This document shows positions 40,301-54,300 of a stretch of 64,000 bases of DNA, one piece after another; position 1 is the stretch's first letter; each line of letters opens with the position of its first letter. The stretch is from Eledone cirrhosa (lineage: Eukaryota): NCBI GenBank assembly GCA_964016885.1, contig OZ024746.1, positions 52,080,001-52,144,000 on the forward strand. The letters run 5' to 3'. A model generated the notes under the pieces. It saw only the letters and a program-made list of their open reading frames with translations, had not been told where the DNA came from and made no database searches. Made by a program: the position numbers and the translations under genes.

Positions 40301-43300
40301 GTGTGTTGTATGGTATCGAATTCTATGTATTGGTTATGTTATACTATGTATGGAGTAGTGTATGGTATAGAATGGTGTATATAGGTGTGTGTTGTATAGT
40401 ATGGAATTCTATGTATTGGGTATGTTATACTTAGTATGGAGTAGTGTATGGTATAGAATGGTGTATATAGGTGTGTTGTATGGTATGGAATTCTATGTAT
40501 TGGGTATGTTATACTGAGTATGGAGTAGTGTATGGTATAGAATGGTGTATATAGGTGTGTGTTGTATGGTATGGAATTCTATGTATTGGGTATGTTATAT
40601 ATTGTATGGTGTAGTGTATGGTATAGAATGGTGTATATAGGTGTGTGTTGTATGGTATGGAATTCTATGTATCGTTATGTTATACTTAGAATGGAGTAGT
40701 GTATGGTATAGAATGGTGTATATAGGTGTGTGTTGTACGGTATGGAATTCTATGTATTGGTTATGTTATACTTAGTATGGAGTAGTGTATGGCATAGAAT
40801 GGTGTATATAGGTGTGTGTTGTATGGTATGGAATTATATGTATTGTGTATGTTATACTTTGTATGGAGTAGTGTATGGTATAGAATGGTGTATATAGGTG
40901 TGTGTTGTATGGTATGGAATTCTATGTATTGGGTATGTTATACTTTGTATGGAGTAGTGTATGGTATAGAATGGTGTATATAGATGTGTGTTGTATGGTA
41001 TGGAATTCTATGTATTAGGTATGTTATACTGAGTATGGAGTAGTGTATGGTATAGAATGGTGTATATAGGTGTGTGTTGTATGGTATGGAATTCTATGTT
41101 TTAGTATGTTATACTGAATATGGAGTAGTGTATGGTATAGAATGGTGTATATAGGTGTGTGTTGTATGGTATGGAATTCTATGAATTGGGTATGTTATAT
41201 TTAGTATAGAGTAGTGTATGGTATCGACTGGTGTATATAGGTGAGTGTTGTATGGTATGGAATTCTATGTATTGGTTATGTTATATTTAGTATGGAGTAG
41301 TCTATGGCATAGAATGGTGTATATAGGTGTGTGTTGTATGGTATGGAATGCTATGTATTGGGTATGTTATACTTTGTATGGACTAGTGTATGGTATAGAA
41401 TGGTGTATATAGGTGTGTGTTGTATGGTGTGGAATTCTATGTATTGGGTATGTTATACTTAGTATGGTGTAGTGTATGGTATAGAATGGTGTATACAGGT
41501 GTGTGTTGTATGGTATGGAATTCTATGTATTGGTTATGTTATACTTAGTATGGAGTAGTGTATGGTATAGACTGGTGTATATAGGTGTGTGTTGTATGGT
41601 ATGAAATGCTATGTATAGGGTATGTTATATTTAGTATGGAGTAGAGTATGGTATAGAATGGTGTATATAGGTGTGTGTAGTATGTTATGGAATTATATGT
41701 ATTGGTTATGTTATATTTAGTATGGAGTAGTGTATGGCATAGAATGGTGTATATAGGTGTGTGTTGTATGGTATGGAATTCTATGTATTGGGTATGTTAT
41801 ACTTAGTATGGTGTAGTGTATGGTATAGTATGGTGTATATAGGTGTGTCTTGTATGGTAAGGAATTCTATGTATTGGGTATGTTATACTTTGAATAGAGT
41901 AGTGTATGGTATAGATTGGTGTATATAGCTGTGTGTTGTATGGTATGGAATTCTATGTATTGGGTATGTTATACTTAGTATGGAGTAGTGTATGGCATAG
42001 ACTGGTGTATATAGGTGTGTGTTGTAGGGTATGGAATACTATGTACTGGGTATGTTATACTTTGTATGGAGTAGTGTATGGCATAGATTGGTGTATATAG
42101 GTGTGTGTTGTATGGTATGGAATTCTATGAGTTGGGTATGTTAAATTTAGTATGGAATAGTGTATGACATAGACTGGTGTATATAGGTGTGTGTTGTAGA
42201 GTATGGAATACTATGTACTGGGTATGTTATACTTTGTATGGAGTAGTGTATGGCATAGATTGGTGTATATAGGTGTGTGTTGTATGGTCTGGAATTCTAT
42301 GAGTTGGGTATGTTAAATTCAGTATGGAATAGTGTATGACATAGACTGGTGTATATAGGTGTGTGTTGCATGGTATCGAATTCTATGTATTGGTTATGTT
42401 ATACTTTGTATGGAGTAGTGTATGGTATAGAATGGTGTATATAGGTGTGTGTTGTATGGTATGGAATTCTATGTATTTGTATGTTATACTTAGTATGGAG
42501 TAGTGTATGGTATAGACTGGTGTATATAGGTGTGTGTTGTATGGTATGGAATGCTATGTATTGGGTATGTTATACTTAGTATGGAGTAGAGTATGGTATA
42601 GAATGGTGTATATAGGTGTGTGTAGTATGGTATGGAATTCTATGTATTGGTTATGTTATATTTAGTATGGAGCAGTGTATGGCATAGAATGGTGTATATA
42701 GGTGTGTGTTGTATGGTACGGAATTCTATGTATTGGGTATGTTATATTAGTATGGAGTAGTGTATGGTATAGTATGGTGTATATAGGTGTGTCTTGTATG
42801 GTAAGGAATTCTATGTATTGGGTATGTTATACTTTGAATAGAGTAGTGTATGGTATAGACTGGTGTATATAGGTGTGTGTTGTAGGGTATGGAATGCTAT
42901 GTACTGGGTATGTTATACTTTGTATGGAGTAGTGTATGGCATAGATTGGTGTATATAGGTGTGTGTTGTATGGTATGGAATTCTATGAGTTGGGTATGCT
43001 AAATTTAGTATGGAATAGTGTATTACATAGACTGGTGTATATAGGTGTGTGTTGCATGGTATCGAATTCTATGTATTGGGTATGTTATACTTTGTATGGA
43101 GTAGTGTATGGTATAGAATGGTGTATATAGGTGTGTGTTGTATGGTATGGAATTCTATGTATTGGTTATGTTATACTTAGTATGGAGTAGTGTATGGTAT
43201 AGAATGGTGTATATAGGTGTGTCTTGTATGGTAAGGAATTCTATGTATTGGGTATGTTATACTTTGAATAGAGTAGTGTATGGTATAGAATGGTGTATAT

Positions 43301-45323
43301 AGGTGTGTGTTGTATGGTATGGAATTCTATGTATTGTTATGTTATACTGAGTATTGAGAAGTGTATGGTATAGAATGGTGTATATAGGTGTGTGTTGTAT
43401 GGTATGGAATTCTATGTATTTGTATGTTTTACTTAGTATGGAGTAGTGTATGGCATAGAATGGTGTATATAGGTGTGTGTTGTACGGTATGGAATTCTAT
43501 GTATTGGGTATGTTATACTTAGTATGGAGTAGTGTATGGTATAGAATGGTGTATATAGGTGTGTGTAGTATGGTATGGAATTCTATGTATTAGGTATGTT
43601 ATACTGAGTATGGAGTAGTGTATGGTATAGAATGGTGTATATAGGTGTGTGTTGTATGGTATAGAATTCTATGAATTGGGTATGTTATATTTAGTATGGA
43701 GTAGTGTATGGCATAGAATGGTGTATATAGGTGTGTCTTGTATGGTATGGAATTCTGTATTGGGTATGTTATACTTTGAATAGAGTAGTGTATGGTATAT
43801 AATAGTATATATAGGTGTGTGTTGTATGGTATGGAATGCTATGTATTGGGTATGTTATACTTTGTATGGAGGAGTGTATGGTATAGAATGGTGTATATAG
43901 GTGTGTGTTGTATGGTATGGAATTATATGTATTGGGTATGTTATACTTAGTATGGTGTAGTGTATGGTATAGAATGGTGTATACAGGTGTGTGTTGTATG
44001 GTATGGAATTCTTTGTATTGGTTATGTTATACTTAGTATGGAGTAGTGTATGGTATAGACTGGTGTATATAGGTGTGTGTTGTATGGTATGGAATGCTAT
44101 GTATTGGGTATGTTATACTTAGTATGGAGTAGAGTATGGTATAGAATGGTGTATATAGGTGTGTGTAGTATGGTATGGAATTCTATGAATTGGGTATTTT
44201 AAATTTAGTATGGAATAGTGTATGACATAGGCTGGTGTATATAGGTGTGTGTTGCATGGTATCGAATTCTATGTATTGGGTATGTTATACTTTGTATGGA
44301 GTAGTGTATGGTATAGAATGGTGTATATAGGTGTGTGTTGTATGGTATGGAATTCTATGTATTGGTTATGTTATACTTAGTATGGAGTAGTGTATGGTAT
44401 AGTATGGTGTATATAGGTGTGTCTTGTATGGTAAGGAATTCTATGTATTGGGTATGTTATACTTTGAATAGAGTAGTGTATGGTATAGAATGGTGTATAT
44501 AGATGTGTGTTGTATGGTATGGAATTCTATGTATTGGGTATGTTATACTTAATATGGAGTAGTGTATGCTATAGAATGCTGTATATATGTGTGTGTTGTA
44601 TGGTATGGAATTCTATGTATTGGGTATGTTATACTTTGTATGGATTAGTGTATCGTATAGAATGGTGTATATAGGTATGTGTTGTATGGTATGGAATTCT
44701 ATGTATTAGGTATGTTATACTGAGTATGGATTAGTGTATGGTATAGAATGGTGTATATAGGTGTGTGTTGTATGGTATGGAATTATATGTATTACGTATG
44801 TTATACTGAGTATGGAGTAGTGTATGGTATAGAATGGTGTATATAGGTGTGTGTTGTATGGTATGGAATTCTATGAATTGGGTATGTTATACTTAGTATG
44901 GAGTAGTGTATGGTATAGAATGGTGTATATAGGTGTGTGTTGTATGGTATCGAATTCTATGTATTGGTTATGTTATACTATGTATGGAGTAGTGTATGGT
45001 ATAGAATGGTGTATATAGGTGTGTGTTGTATGGTATGGAATTCTATGTATTGGGTATGTTATACTTAGTATGGAGTAGTGTATCGTATAGAATGGTGTAT
45101 ATAGGTGTGTGTTGTATGGTATGGAATTCTATGTATTGGGTATGTTATACTGAGTATGGAGTAGTGTATGGTATAGAATGGTGTATATAGGTGTGTGTTG
45201 TATGGTATGGAATTCTATGTATTGGGTATGTTATATTTTGTATGGTGTAGTGTATGGTATAGAATGGTGTATATAGGTGTGTGTTGTATGGTATGGAATT
45301 CTATGTATCGTTATGTTATACTT
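34326..45323 (+). repeat. Tandem duplication of a 5,493-bp (64-monomer) block; junction within 39819-39830 (equivalent junction at 1264-1275)
   Basis: Markers recur at +5493 (34905/40398 TGTATAGTATGG; 181/5674 CATAGGCTGG). 64x86 minus 11 bp of visible deletions gives 5493. Differences at 35010/40503, 35268/40761 and 39591/45084. Confidence 0.9.
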
Positions 45324-48300
45324 AGAATGGAGTAGTGTATGGTATAGAATGGTGTATATAGGTGTGTGTTGTACGGTATGGAATTCTATGTATTGGGTAT
45401 GTTATACTTAGTATGGAGAAGTGTATGGCATAGAATGGTGTATATAGGTGTGTGTTGTATGGTAAGGAATTATATAAATTGTGTATGTTATACTTTGTAT
45501 GGAGTAGTGTATGGTATAGAATGGTGTATATGGGTGTGTGTTGTATGGTATGGAATTCTATGTATTGGGTATGTTATACTTTGTATGGAGTAGTGTATGG
45601 TATAGAATGGTGTATATAGATGTGTGTTGTATGGTATGGAATTCTATGTATTAGGTATGTTATACTGAGTATGGAGTAGTGTATGGTATAGAATGGTGTA
45701 TATAGGTGTGTGTTGTATGGTATAGAATTCTATGAATTGGGTATGTTATATTTAGTATGGAGTAGTGTATGGCATAGAATGGTGTATATAGGTGTGTCTT
45801 GTATGGTATGGAATTCTATGTATTGGGTATGTTATACTTTGAATAGAGTAGTGTATGGTATATAATAGTATATATAGGTGTGTGTTGTATGGTATGGAAT
45901 TCTATGTATTGGGTATGTTATACTTTGTATGGAGTAGTGTATGGTATAGAATGGTGTATATAGATGTGTGTTGTATGGTATGGAATTCTATGTATTAGGT
46001 ATGTTATACTGAGTATGGAGTAGTGTATGGTATAGAATGGTGTATATAGGTGTGTGTTGTATGGTATGGAATTCTATGTTTTAGTATGTTATACTGAATA
46101 TGGAGTAGTGTATGGTATAGAATGGTGTATATAGGTGTGTGTTGTATGGTATGGAATTCTATGAATTGGGTATGTTATATTTAGTATAGAGTAGTGTATG
46201 GTATCGACTGGTGTATATAGGTGAGTGTTGTATGGTATGGAATTCTATGTATTGGTTATGTTATATTTAGTATGGAGTAGTCTATGGCATAGAATGGTGT
46301 ATATAGGTGTGTGTTGTATGGTATGGAATGCTATGTATTGGGTATGTTATACTTTGTATGGACTAGTGTATGGTATAGAATGGTGTATATAGGTGTGTGT
46401 TGTATGGTGTGGAATTCTATGTATTGGGTATGTTATACTTAGTATGGTGTAGTGTATGGTATAGAATGGTGTATACAGGTGTGTGTTGTATGGTATGGAA
46501 TTCTATGTATTGGTTATGTTATACTTAGTATGGAGTAGTGTATGGTATAGACTGGTGTATATAGGTGTGTGTTGTATGGTATGAAATGCTATGTATAGGG
46601 TATGTTATATTTAGTATGGAGTAGAGTATGGTATAGAATGGTGTATATAGGTGTGTGTAGTATGTTATGGAATTATATGTATTGGTTATGTTATATTTAG
46701 TATGGAGTAGTGTATGGCATAGAATGGTGTATATAGGTGTGTGTTGTATGGTATGGAATTCTATGTATTGGGTATGTTATACTTAGTATGGTGTAGTGTA
46801 TGGTATAGTATGGTGTATATAGGTGTGTCTTGTATGGTAAGGAATTCTATGTATTGGGTATGTTATACTTTGAATAGAGTAGTGTATGGTATAGATTGGT
46901 GTATATAGCTGTGTGTTGTATGGTATGGAATTCTATGTATTGGGTATGTTATACTTAGTATGGAGTAGTGTATGGCATAGACTGGTGTATATAGGTGTGT
47001 GTTGTAGGGTATGGAATACTATGTACTGGGTATGTTATACTTTGTATGGAGTAGTGTATGGCATAGATTGGTGTATATAGGTGTGTGTTGTATGGTATGG
47101 AATTCTATGAGTTGGGTATGTTAAATTTAGTATGGAATAGTGTATGACATAGACTGGTGTATATAGGTGTGTGTTGTAGAGTATGGAATACTATGTACTG
47201 GGTATGTTATACTTTGTATGGAGTAGTGTATGGCATAGATTGGTGTATATAGGTGTGTGTTGTATGGTCTGGAATTCTATGAGTTGGGTATGTTAAATTC
47301 AGTATGGAATAGTGTATGCCATAGACTGGTGTATATAGGTGTGTGTTGCATGGTATCGAATTCTATGTATTGGTTATGTTATACTTTGTATGGAGTAGTG
47401 TATGGTATAGAATGGTGTATATAGGTGTGTGTTGTATGGTATGGAATTCTATGTATTTGTATGTTATACTTAGTATGGAGTAGTGTATGGTATAGACTGG
47501 TGTATATAGGTGTGTGTTGTATGGTATGGAATGCTATGTATTGGGTATGTTATACTTAGTATGGAGTAGAGTATGGTATAGAATGGTGTATATAGGTGTG
47601 TGTAGTATGGTATGGAATTCTATGTATTGGTTATGTTATATTTAGTATGGAGCAGTGTATGGCATAGAATGGTGCATATAGGTGTGTGTTGTATGGTACG
47701 GAATTCTATGTATTGGGTATGTTATATTAGTATGGAGTAGTGTATGGTATAGTATGGTGTATATAGGTGTGTCTTGTATGGTAAGGAATTCTATGTATTG
47801 GGTATGTTATACTTTGAATAGAGTAGTGTATGGTATAGACTGGTGTATATAGGTGTGTGTTGTAGGGTATGGAATGCTATGTACTGGGTATGTTATACTT
47901 TGTATGGAGTAGTGTATGGCATAGATTGGTGTATATAGGTGTGTGTTGTATGGTATGGAATACTATGAGTTGGGTATGCTAAATTTAGTATGGAATAGTG
48001 TATTACATAGACTGGTGTATATAGGTGTGTGTTGCATGGTATCGAATTCTATGTATTGAGTATGTTATACTTTGTATGGAGTAGTGTATGGTATAGAATG
48101 GTGTATATAGGTGTGTGTTGTATGGTATGGAATTCTATGTATTGGTTATGTTATACTTAGTATGGAGTAGTGTATGGTATAGAATGGTGTATATAGGTGT
48201 GTCTTGTATGGTAAGGAATTCTATGTATTGGGTATGTTATACTTTGAATAGAGTAGTGTATGGTATAGAATGGTGTATATAGGTGTGTGTTGTATGGTAT

Positions 48301-51300
48301 GGAATTCTATGTATTGTTATGTTATACTGAGTATTGAGAAGTGTATGGTATAGAATGGTGTATATAGGTGTGTGTTGTATGGTATGGAATTCTATGTATT
48401 TGTATGTTTTACTTAGTATGGAGTAGTGTATGGCATAGAATGGTGTATATAGGTGTGTGTTGTACGGTATGGAATTCTATGTATTGGGTATGTTATACTT
48501 AGTATGGAGTAGTGTATGGTATAGAATGGTGTATATAGGTGTGTGTAGTATGGTATGGAATTCTATGTATTAGGTATGTTATACTGAGTATGGAGTAGTG
48601 TATGGTATAGAATGGTGTATATAGGTGTGTGTTGTATGGTATAGAATTCTATGAATTGGGTATGTTATATTTAGTATGGAGTAGTGTATGGCATAGAATG
48701 GTGTATATAGGTGTGTCTTGTATGGTATGGAATTCTGTATTGGGTATGTTATACTTTGAATAGAGTAGTGTATGGTATATAATAGTATATATAGGTGTGT
48801 GTTGTATGGTATGGAATGCTATGTATTGGGTATGTTATACTTTGTATGGAGGAGTGTATGGTATAGAATGGTGTATATAGGTGTGTGTTGTATGGTATGG
48901 AATTATATGTATTGGGTATGTTATACTTAGTATGGTGTAGTGTATGGTATAGAATGGTGTATACAGGTGTGTGTTGTATGGTATGGAATTCTTTGTATTG
49001 GTTATGTTATACTTAGTATGGAGTAGTGTATGGTATAGACTGGTGTATATAGGTGTGTGTTGTATGGTATGGAATGCTATGTATTGGGTATGTTATACTT
49101 AGTATGGAGTAGAGTATGGTATAGAATGGTGTATATAGGTGTGTGTAGTATGGTATGGAATTCTATGAATTGGGTATTTTAAATTTAGTATGGAATAGTG
49201 TATGACATAGGCTGGTGTATATAGGTGTGTGTTGCATGGTATCGAATTCTATGTATTGGGTATGTTATACTTTGTATGGAGTAGTGTATGGTATAGAATG
49301 GTGTATATAGGTGTGTGTTGTATGGTATGGAATTCTATGTATTGGTTATGTTATACTTAGTATGGAGTAGTGTATGGTATAGTATGGTGTATATAGGTGT
49401 GTCTTGTATGGTAAGGAATTCTATGTATTGGGTATGTTATACTTTGAATAGAGTAGTGTATGGTATAGAATGGTGTATATAGATGTGTGTTGTATGGTAT
49501 GGAATTCTATGTATTGGGTATGTTATACTTAATATGGAGTAGTGTATGCTATAGAATGCTGTATATATGTGTGTGTTGTATGGTATGGAATTCTATGTAT
49601 TGGGTATGTTATACTTTGTATGGATTAGTGTATCGTATAGAATGGTGTATATAGGTATGTGTTGTATGGTATGGAATTCTATGTATTAGGTATGTTATAC
49701 TGAGTATGGATTAGTGTATGGTATAGAATGGTGTATATAGGTGTGTGTTGTATGGTATGGAATTATATGTATTACGTATGTTATACTGAGTATGGAGTAG
49801 TGTATGGTATAGAATGGTGTATATAGGTGTGTGTTGTATGGTATGGAATTCTATGAATTGGGTATGTTATACTTAGTATGGAGTAGTGTATGGTATAGAA
49901 TGGTGTATATAGGTGTGTGTTGTATGGTATCGAATTCTATGTATTGGTTATGTTATACTATGTATGGAGTAGTGTATGGTATAGAATGGTGTATATAGGT
50001 GTGTGTTGTATGGTATGGAATTCTATGTATTGGGTATGTTATACTTAGTATGGAGTAGTGTATGGTATAGAATGGTGTATATAGGTGTGTGTTGTATGGT
50101 ATGGAATTCTATGTATTGGGTATGTTATACTGAGTATGGAGTAGTGTATGGTATAGAATGGTGTATATAGGTGTGTGTTGTATGGTATGGAATTCTATGT
50201 ATTGGGTATGTTATATTTTGTATGGTGTAGTGTATGGTATAGAATGGTGTATATAGGTGTGTGTTGTATGGTATGGAATTCTATGTATCGTTATGTTATA
50301 CTTAGAATGGAGTAGTGTATGGTATAGAATGGTGTATATAGGTGTGTGTTGTACGGTATGGAATTCTATGTATTGGGTATGTTATACTTAGTATGGAGAA
50401 GTGTATGGCATAGAATGGTGTATATAGGTGTGTGTTGTATGGTAAGGAATTATATAAATTGTGTATGTTATACTTTGTATGGAGTAGTGTATGGTATAGA
50501 ATGGTGTATATGGGTGTGTGTTGTATGGTATGGAATTCTATGTATTGGGTATGTTATACTTTGTATGGAGTAGTGTATGGTATAGAATGGTGTATATAGA
50601 TGTGTGTTGTATGGTATGGAATTCTATGTATTAGGTATGTTATACTGAGTATGGAGTAGTGTATGGTATAGAATGGTGTATATAGGTGTGTGTTGTATGG
50701 TATAGAATTCTATGAATTGGGTATGTTATATTTAGTATGGAGTAGTGTATGGCATAGAATGGTGTATATAGGTGTGTCTTGTATGGTATGGAATTCTATG
50801 TATTGGGTATGTTATACTTTGAATAGAGTAGTGTATGGTATATAATAGTATATATAGGTGTGTGTTGTATGGTATGGAATGCTATGTATTGGGTATGTTA
50901 TACTTTGTATGGAGGAGTGTATGGTATAGAATGGTGTATATAGGTGTGTGTTGTATGGTATGGAATTATATGTATTGGATATGTTATACTTAGTATGGTG
51001 TAGTGTATGGTATAGAATGGTGTATACAGGTGTGTGTTGTATGGTATGGAATTCTTTGTATTGGTTATGTTATACTTAGTATGGAGTAGTGTATGGTATA
51101 GACTGGTGTATATAGGTGTGTGTTGTATGGTATGGAATGCTATGTATTGGATATGTTATACTTAGTATGGAGTAGAGTATGGTATAGAATGGTGTATATA
51201 GGTGTGTGTAGTATGGTATGGAATTCTATGTATTGGTTATGTTATATTTAGTATGGAGTAGTGTATGGTATAGAATGGTGTATATAGATGTGTGTTGTAT

Positions 51301-54300
51301 GGTATGGAATTCTATGTATTGGGTATGTTATACTTAATATGGAGTAGTGTATGCTATAGAATGCTGTATATATGTGTGTGTTGTATGGTATGGAATTCTA
51401 TGTATTGGGTATGTTATACTTTGTATGGATTAGTGTATCGTATAGAATGGTGTATATAGGTGTGTGTTGTATGGTATGGAATTCTATGTATTAGGTATGT
51501 TATACTGAGTATGGATTAGTGTATGGTATAGAATGGTGTATATAGGTGTGTGTTGTATGGTATGGAATTCTATGTATTACGTATGTTATACTGAGTATGG
51601 AGTAGTGTATGGTATAGAATGGTGTATATAGGTGTGTGTTGTATGGTATGGAATTCTATGAATTGGGTATGTTATATTTAGTATGGAGTAGTGTATGGTA
51701 TAGAATGGTGTATATAGGTTTGTCTTGTATGGTATGGAATTCTATGTATTGGGTATGTTATACTTTGTATGGAGTAGTGTATGGTATAGTATGGTGTATA
51801 TAGGTGTGTGTTGTATGGTATCGAATTCTATGTATTGGTTATGTTATACTATGTATGGAGTAGTGTATGGTATAGAATGGTGTATATAGGTGTGTGTTGT
51901 ATATGTATGGAATTCTATGTATTGGGTATGTTATACTTAGTATGGAGTAGTGTATGGTATAGAATGGTGTATATAGGTGTGTGTTGTATGGTATGGAATT
52001 CTATGTATTGGGTATGTTATACTGAGTATGGAGTAGTGTATGGTATAGAATGGTGTATATAGGTGTGTGTTGTATGGTATGGAATTCTATGTATCGTTAT
52101 GTTATTCTTAGAATGGAGTAGTGTATGGTATAGAATGGTGTATATAGCTGTGTGTTGTACGGTATGGAATTCTATGTATTGGGTATGTTATACTTAGTAT
52201 GGAGTAGTGTATGGCATAGAATGGTGTATATAGGTGTGTGTTGTATGGTATGGAATTATATGTATTGTGTATGTTATACTTTGTATGGAGTAGTGTATGG
52301 TATAGAATGGTGTATATGGGTGGGTGTTGTATGGTATGGAATTCTATGTATTGGGTATGTTATACTTTGTATGGAGTAGTGTATGGTATAGAATGGTGTA
52401 TATAGATGTGTGTTGAATGGTATAGAATTCTATGTACTAGGTATGTTATACTGAGTATGGAGTAGTGTATGGTATAGAATGGTGTATATAGGTGTGTGTT
52501 GTATGGTATGGAATTCTATGAATTGGGTATGTTATATTTAGTATGGAGTAGTGTATGGTATAGAATGGTGTATATAGGTGTGTGTTGTATGGTATGGAAT
52601 TCTATGTTTTAGTATGTTATACTGAATATGGAGTAGTGTATGGTATAGAATGGTGTATATAGGTGTGTGTTGTATGGCATGGAATTCTATGAATTGGGTA
52701 TGTTATATTTAGTATAGAGTAGTGTATGGTATCGACTGGTGTATATAGGTGAGTGTTGTATGGTATGGAATTCTATGTATTGGTTATGTTATATTTAGTA
52801 TGGAGTAGTCTATGGCATAGAATGGTGTATATAGGTGTGTGTTGTATGGTATGGAATGCTATGTATTGGGTATGTTATACTTTGTATGGAGTAGTGTATG
52901 GTATAGTATGGTGTATATAGGTGTGTGTTGTATGGTAAGGAATTCTATATATTGGGTATGTTATACTTTGAATAGAGTAGTGTATGGTATAGATAGGTGT
53001 ATATAGTTGTGTGTTGTATGGTATGGAATTCTATGTATTGGGTATGTTATACTTAGTATGGAGTAGTGTATGGCATAGACTGGTGTATATAGGTGTGTGT
53101 TGTAGGGTATGGAATACTATGTACTGGGTATGTTATACTTTGTATGGAGTAGTGTATGGCATAGATTGGTGTATATAGGTGTGTGTTGTATGGTATGGAA
53201 TTCTATGAGTTGGGTATGTTAAATTTAGTATGGAATAGTGTATGACATAGACTGGTGTATATAGGTGTGTGTTGTAGGGTATGGAATACTATGTACTGGG
53301 TATGTTATACTTTGTATGGAGTAGTGTATGGTATAGAATGGTGTATATAGGTGTGTGTTGTATGGTATGGAATTCTATGTATTGGTTATGTTATACTTAG
53401 TATGGAGTAGTGTATGGTATAGAATGGTGTATATAGGTGTGTGTTGTATGGTATGGAATTCTATGTGTTGTTATGTTATACTGAGTATGGAGTAGTGTAT
53501 GGTGTAGAATGGTGTATATAGGTGTGTGTTTTATGGTATGGAATTCTATGTATTTGTATGTTATACTTAGTATGGAGTAGTGTATGGTATAGACTGGTGT
53601 ATATAGGTGTGTGTTGTATGGTATGGAATGCTATGTATTGGGTATGTTATACTTAGTATGGAGTAGAGTATGGTATAGAATGGTGTATATAGGTGTGTGT
53701 TGTATGGTATGGAATTCTATGTATTGGGTATGTTATATTAGTATGGAGTAGTGTATGGTATAGTATGGTGTATATAGGTGTGTCTTGTATGGTAAGGAAT
53801 TCTATGTATTGGGTATGTTATACTTTGAATAGAGTAGTGTATGGTATAGACTGGTGTATATAGGTGTGTGTTGTAGGGTATGGAATGCTATGTACTGGGT
53901 ATGTTATACTTTGTATGGAGTAGTGTATGGCATAGATTGGTGTATATAGGTGTGTGTTGTATGGTATGGAATTCTATGAGTTGGGTATGTTAAATTTAGT
54001 ATGGAATAGTGTATGACATAGACTGGTGTATATAGGTGTGTGTTGCATGGTATTGAATTCTATGTATTGGTTATGTTATACTTTGTATGGAGTAGTGTAT
54101 GGTATAGAATGGTGTATATAGGTGTGTGTTGTATGGTATGGAATTCTATGTATTGGTTATGTTATACTTAGTATGGAGTAGTGTATGGTATAGAATGGTG
54201 TATATAGGTGTGTCTTGTATGGTAAGGAATTCTATGTATTGGGTATGTTATACTTTGAATAGAGTAGTGTATGGTATAGAATGGTGTATATAGGTGTGTG

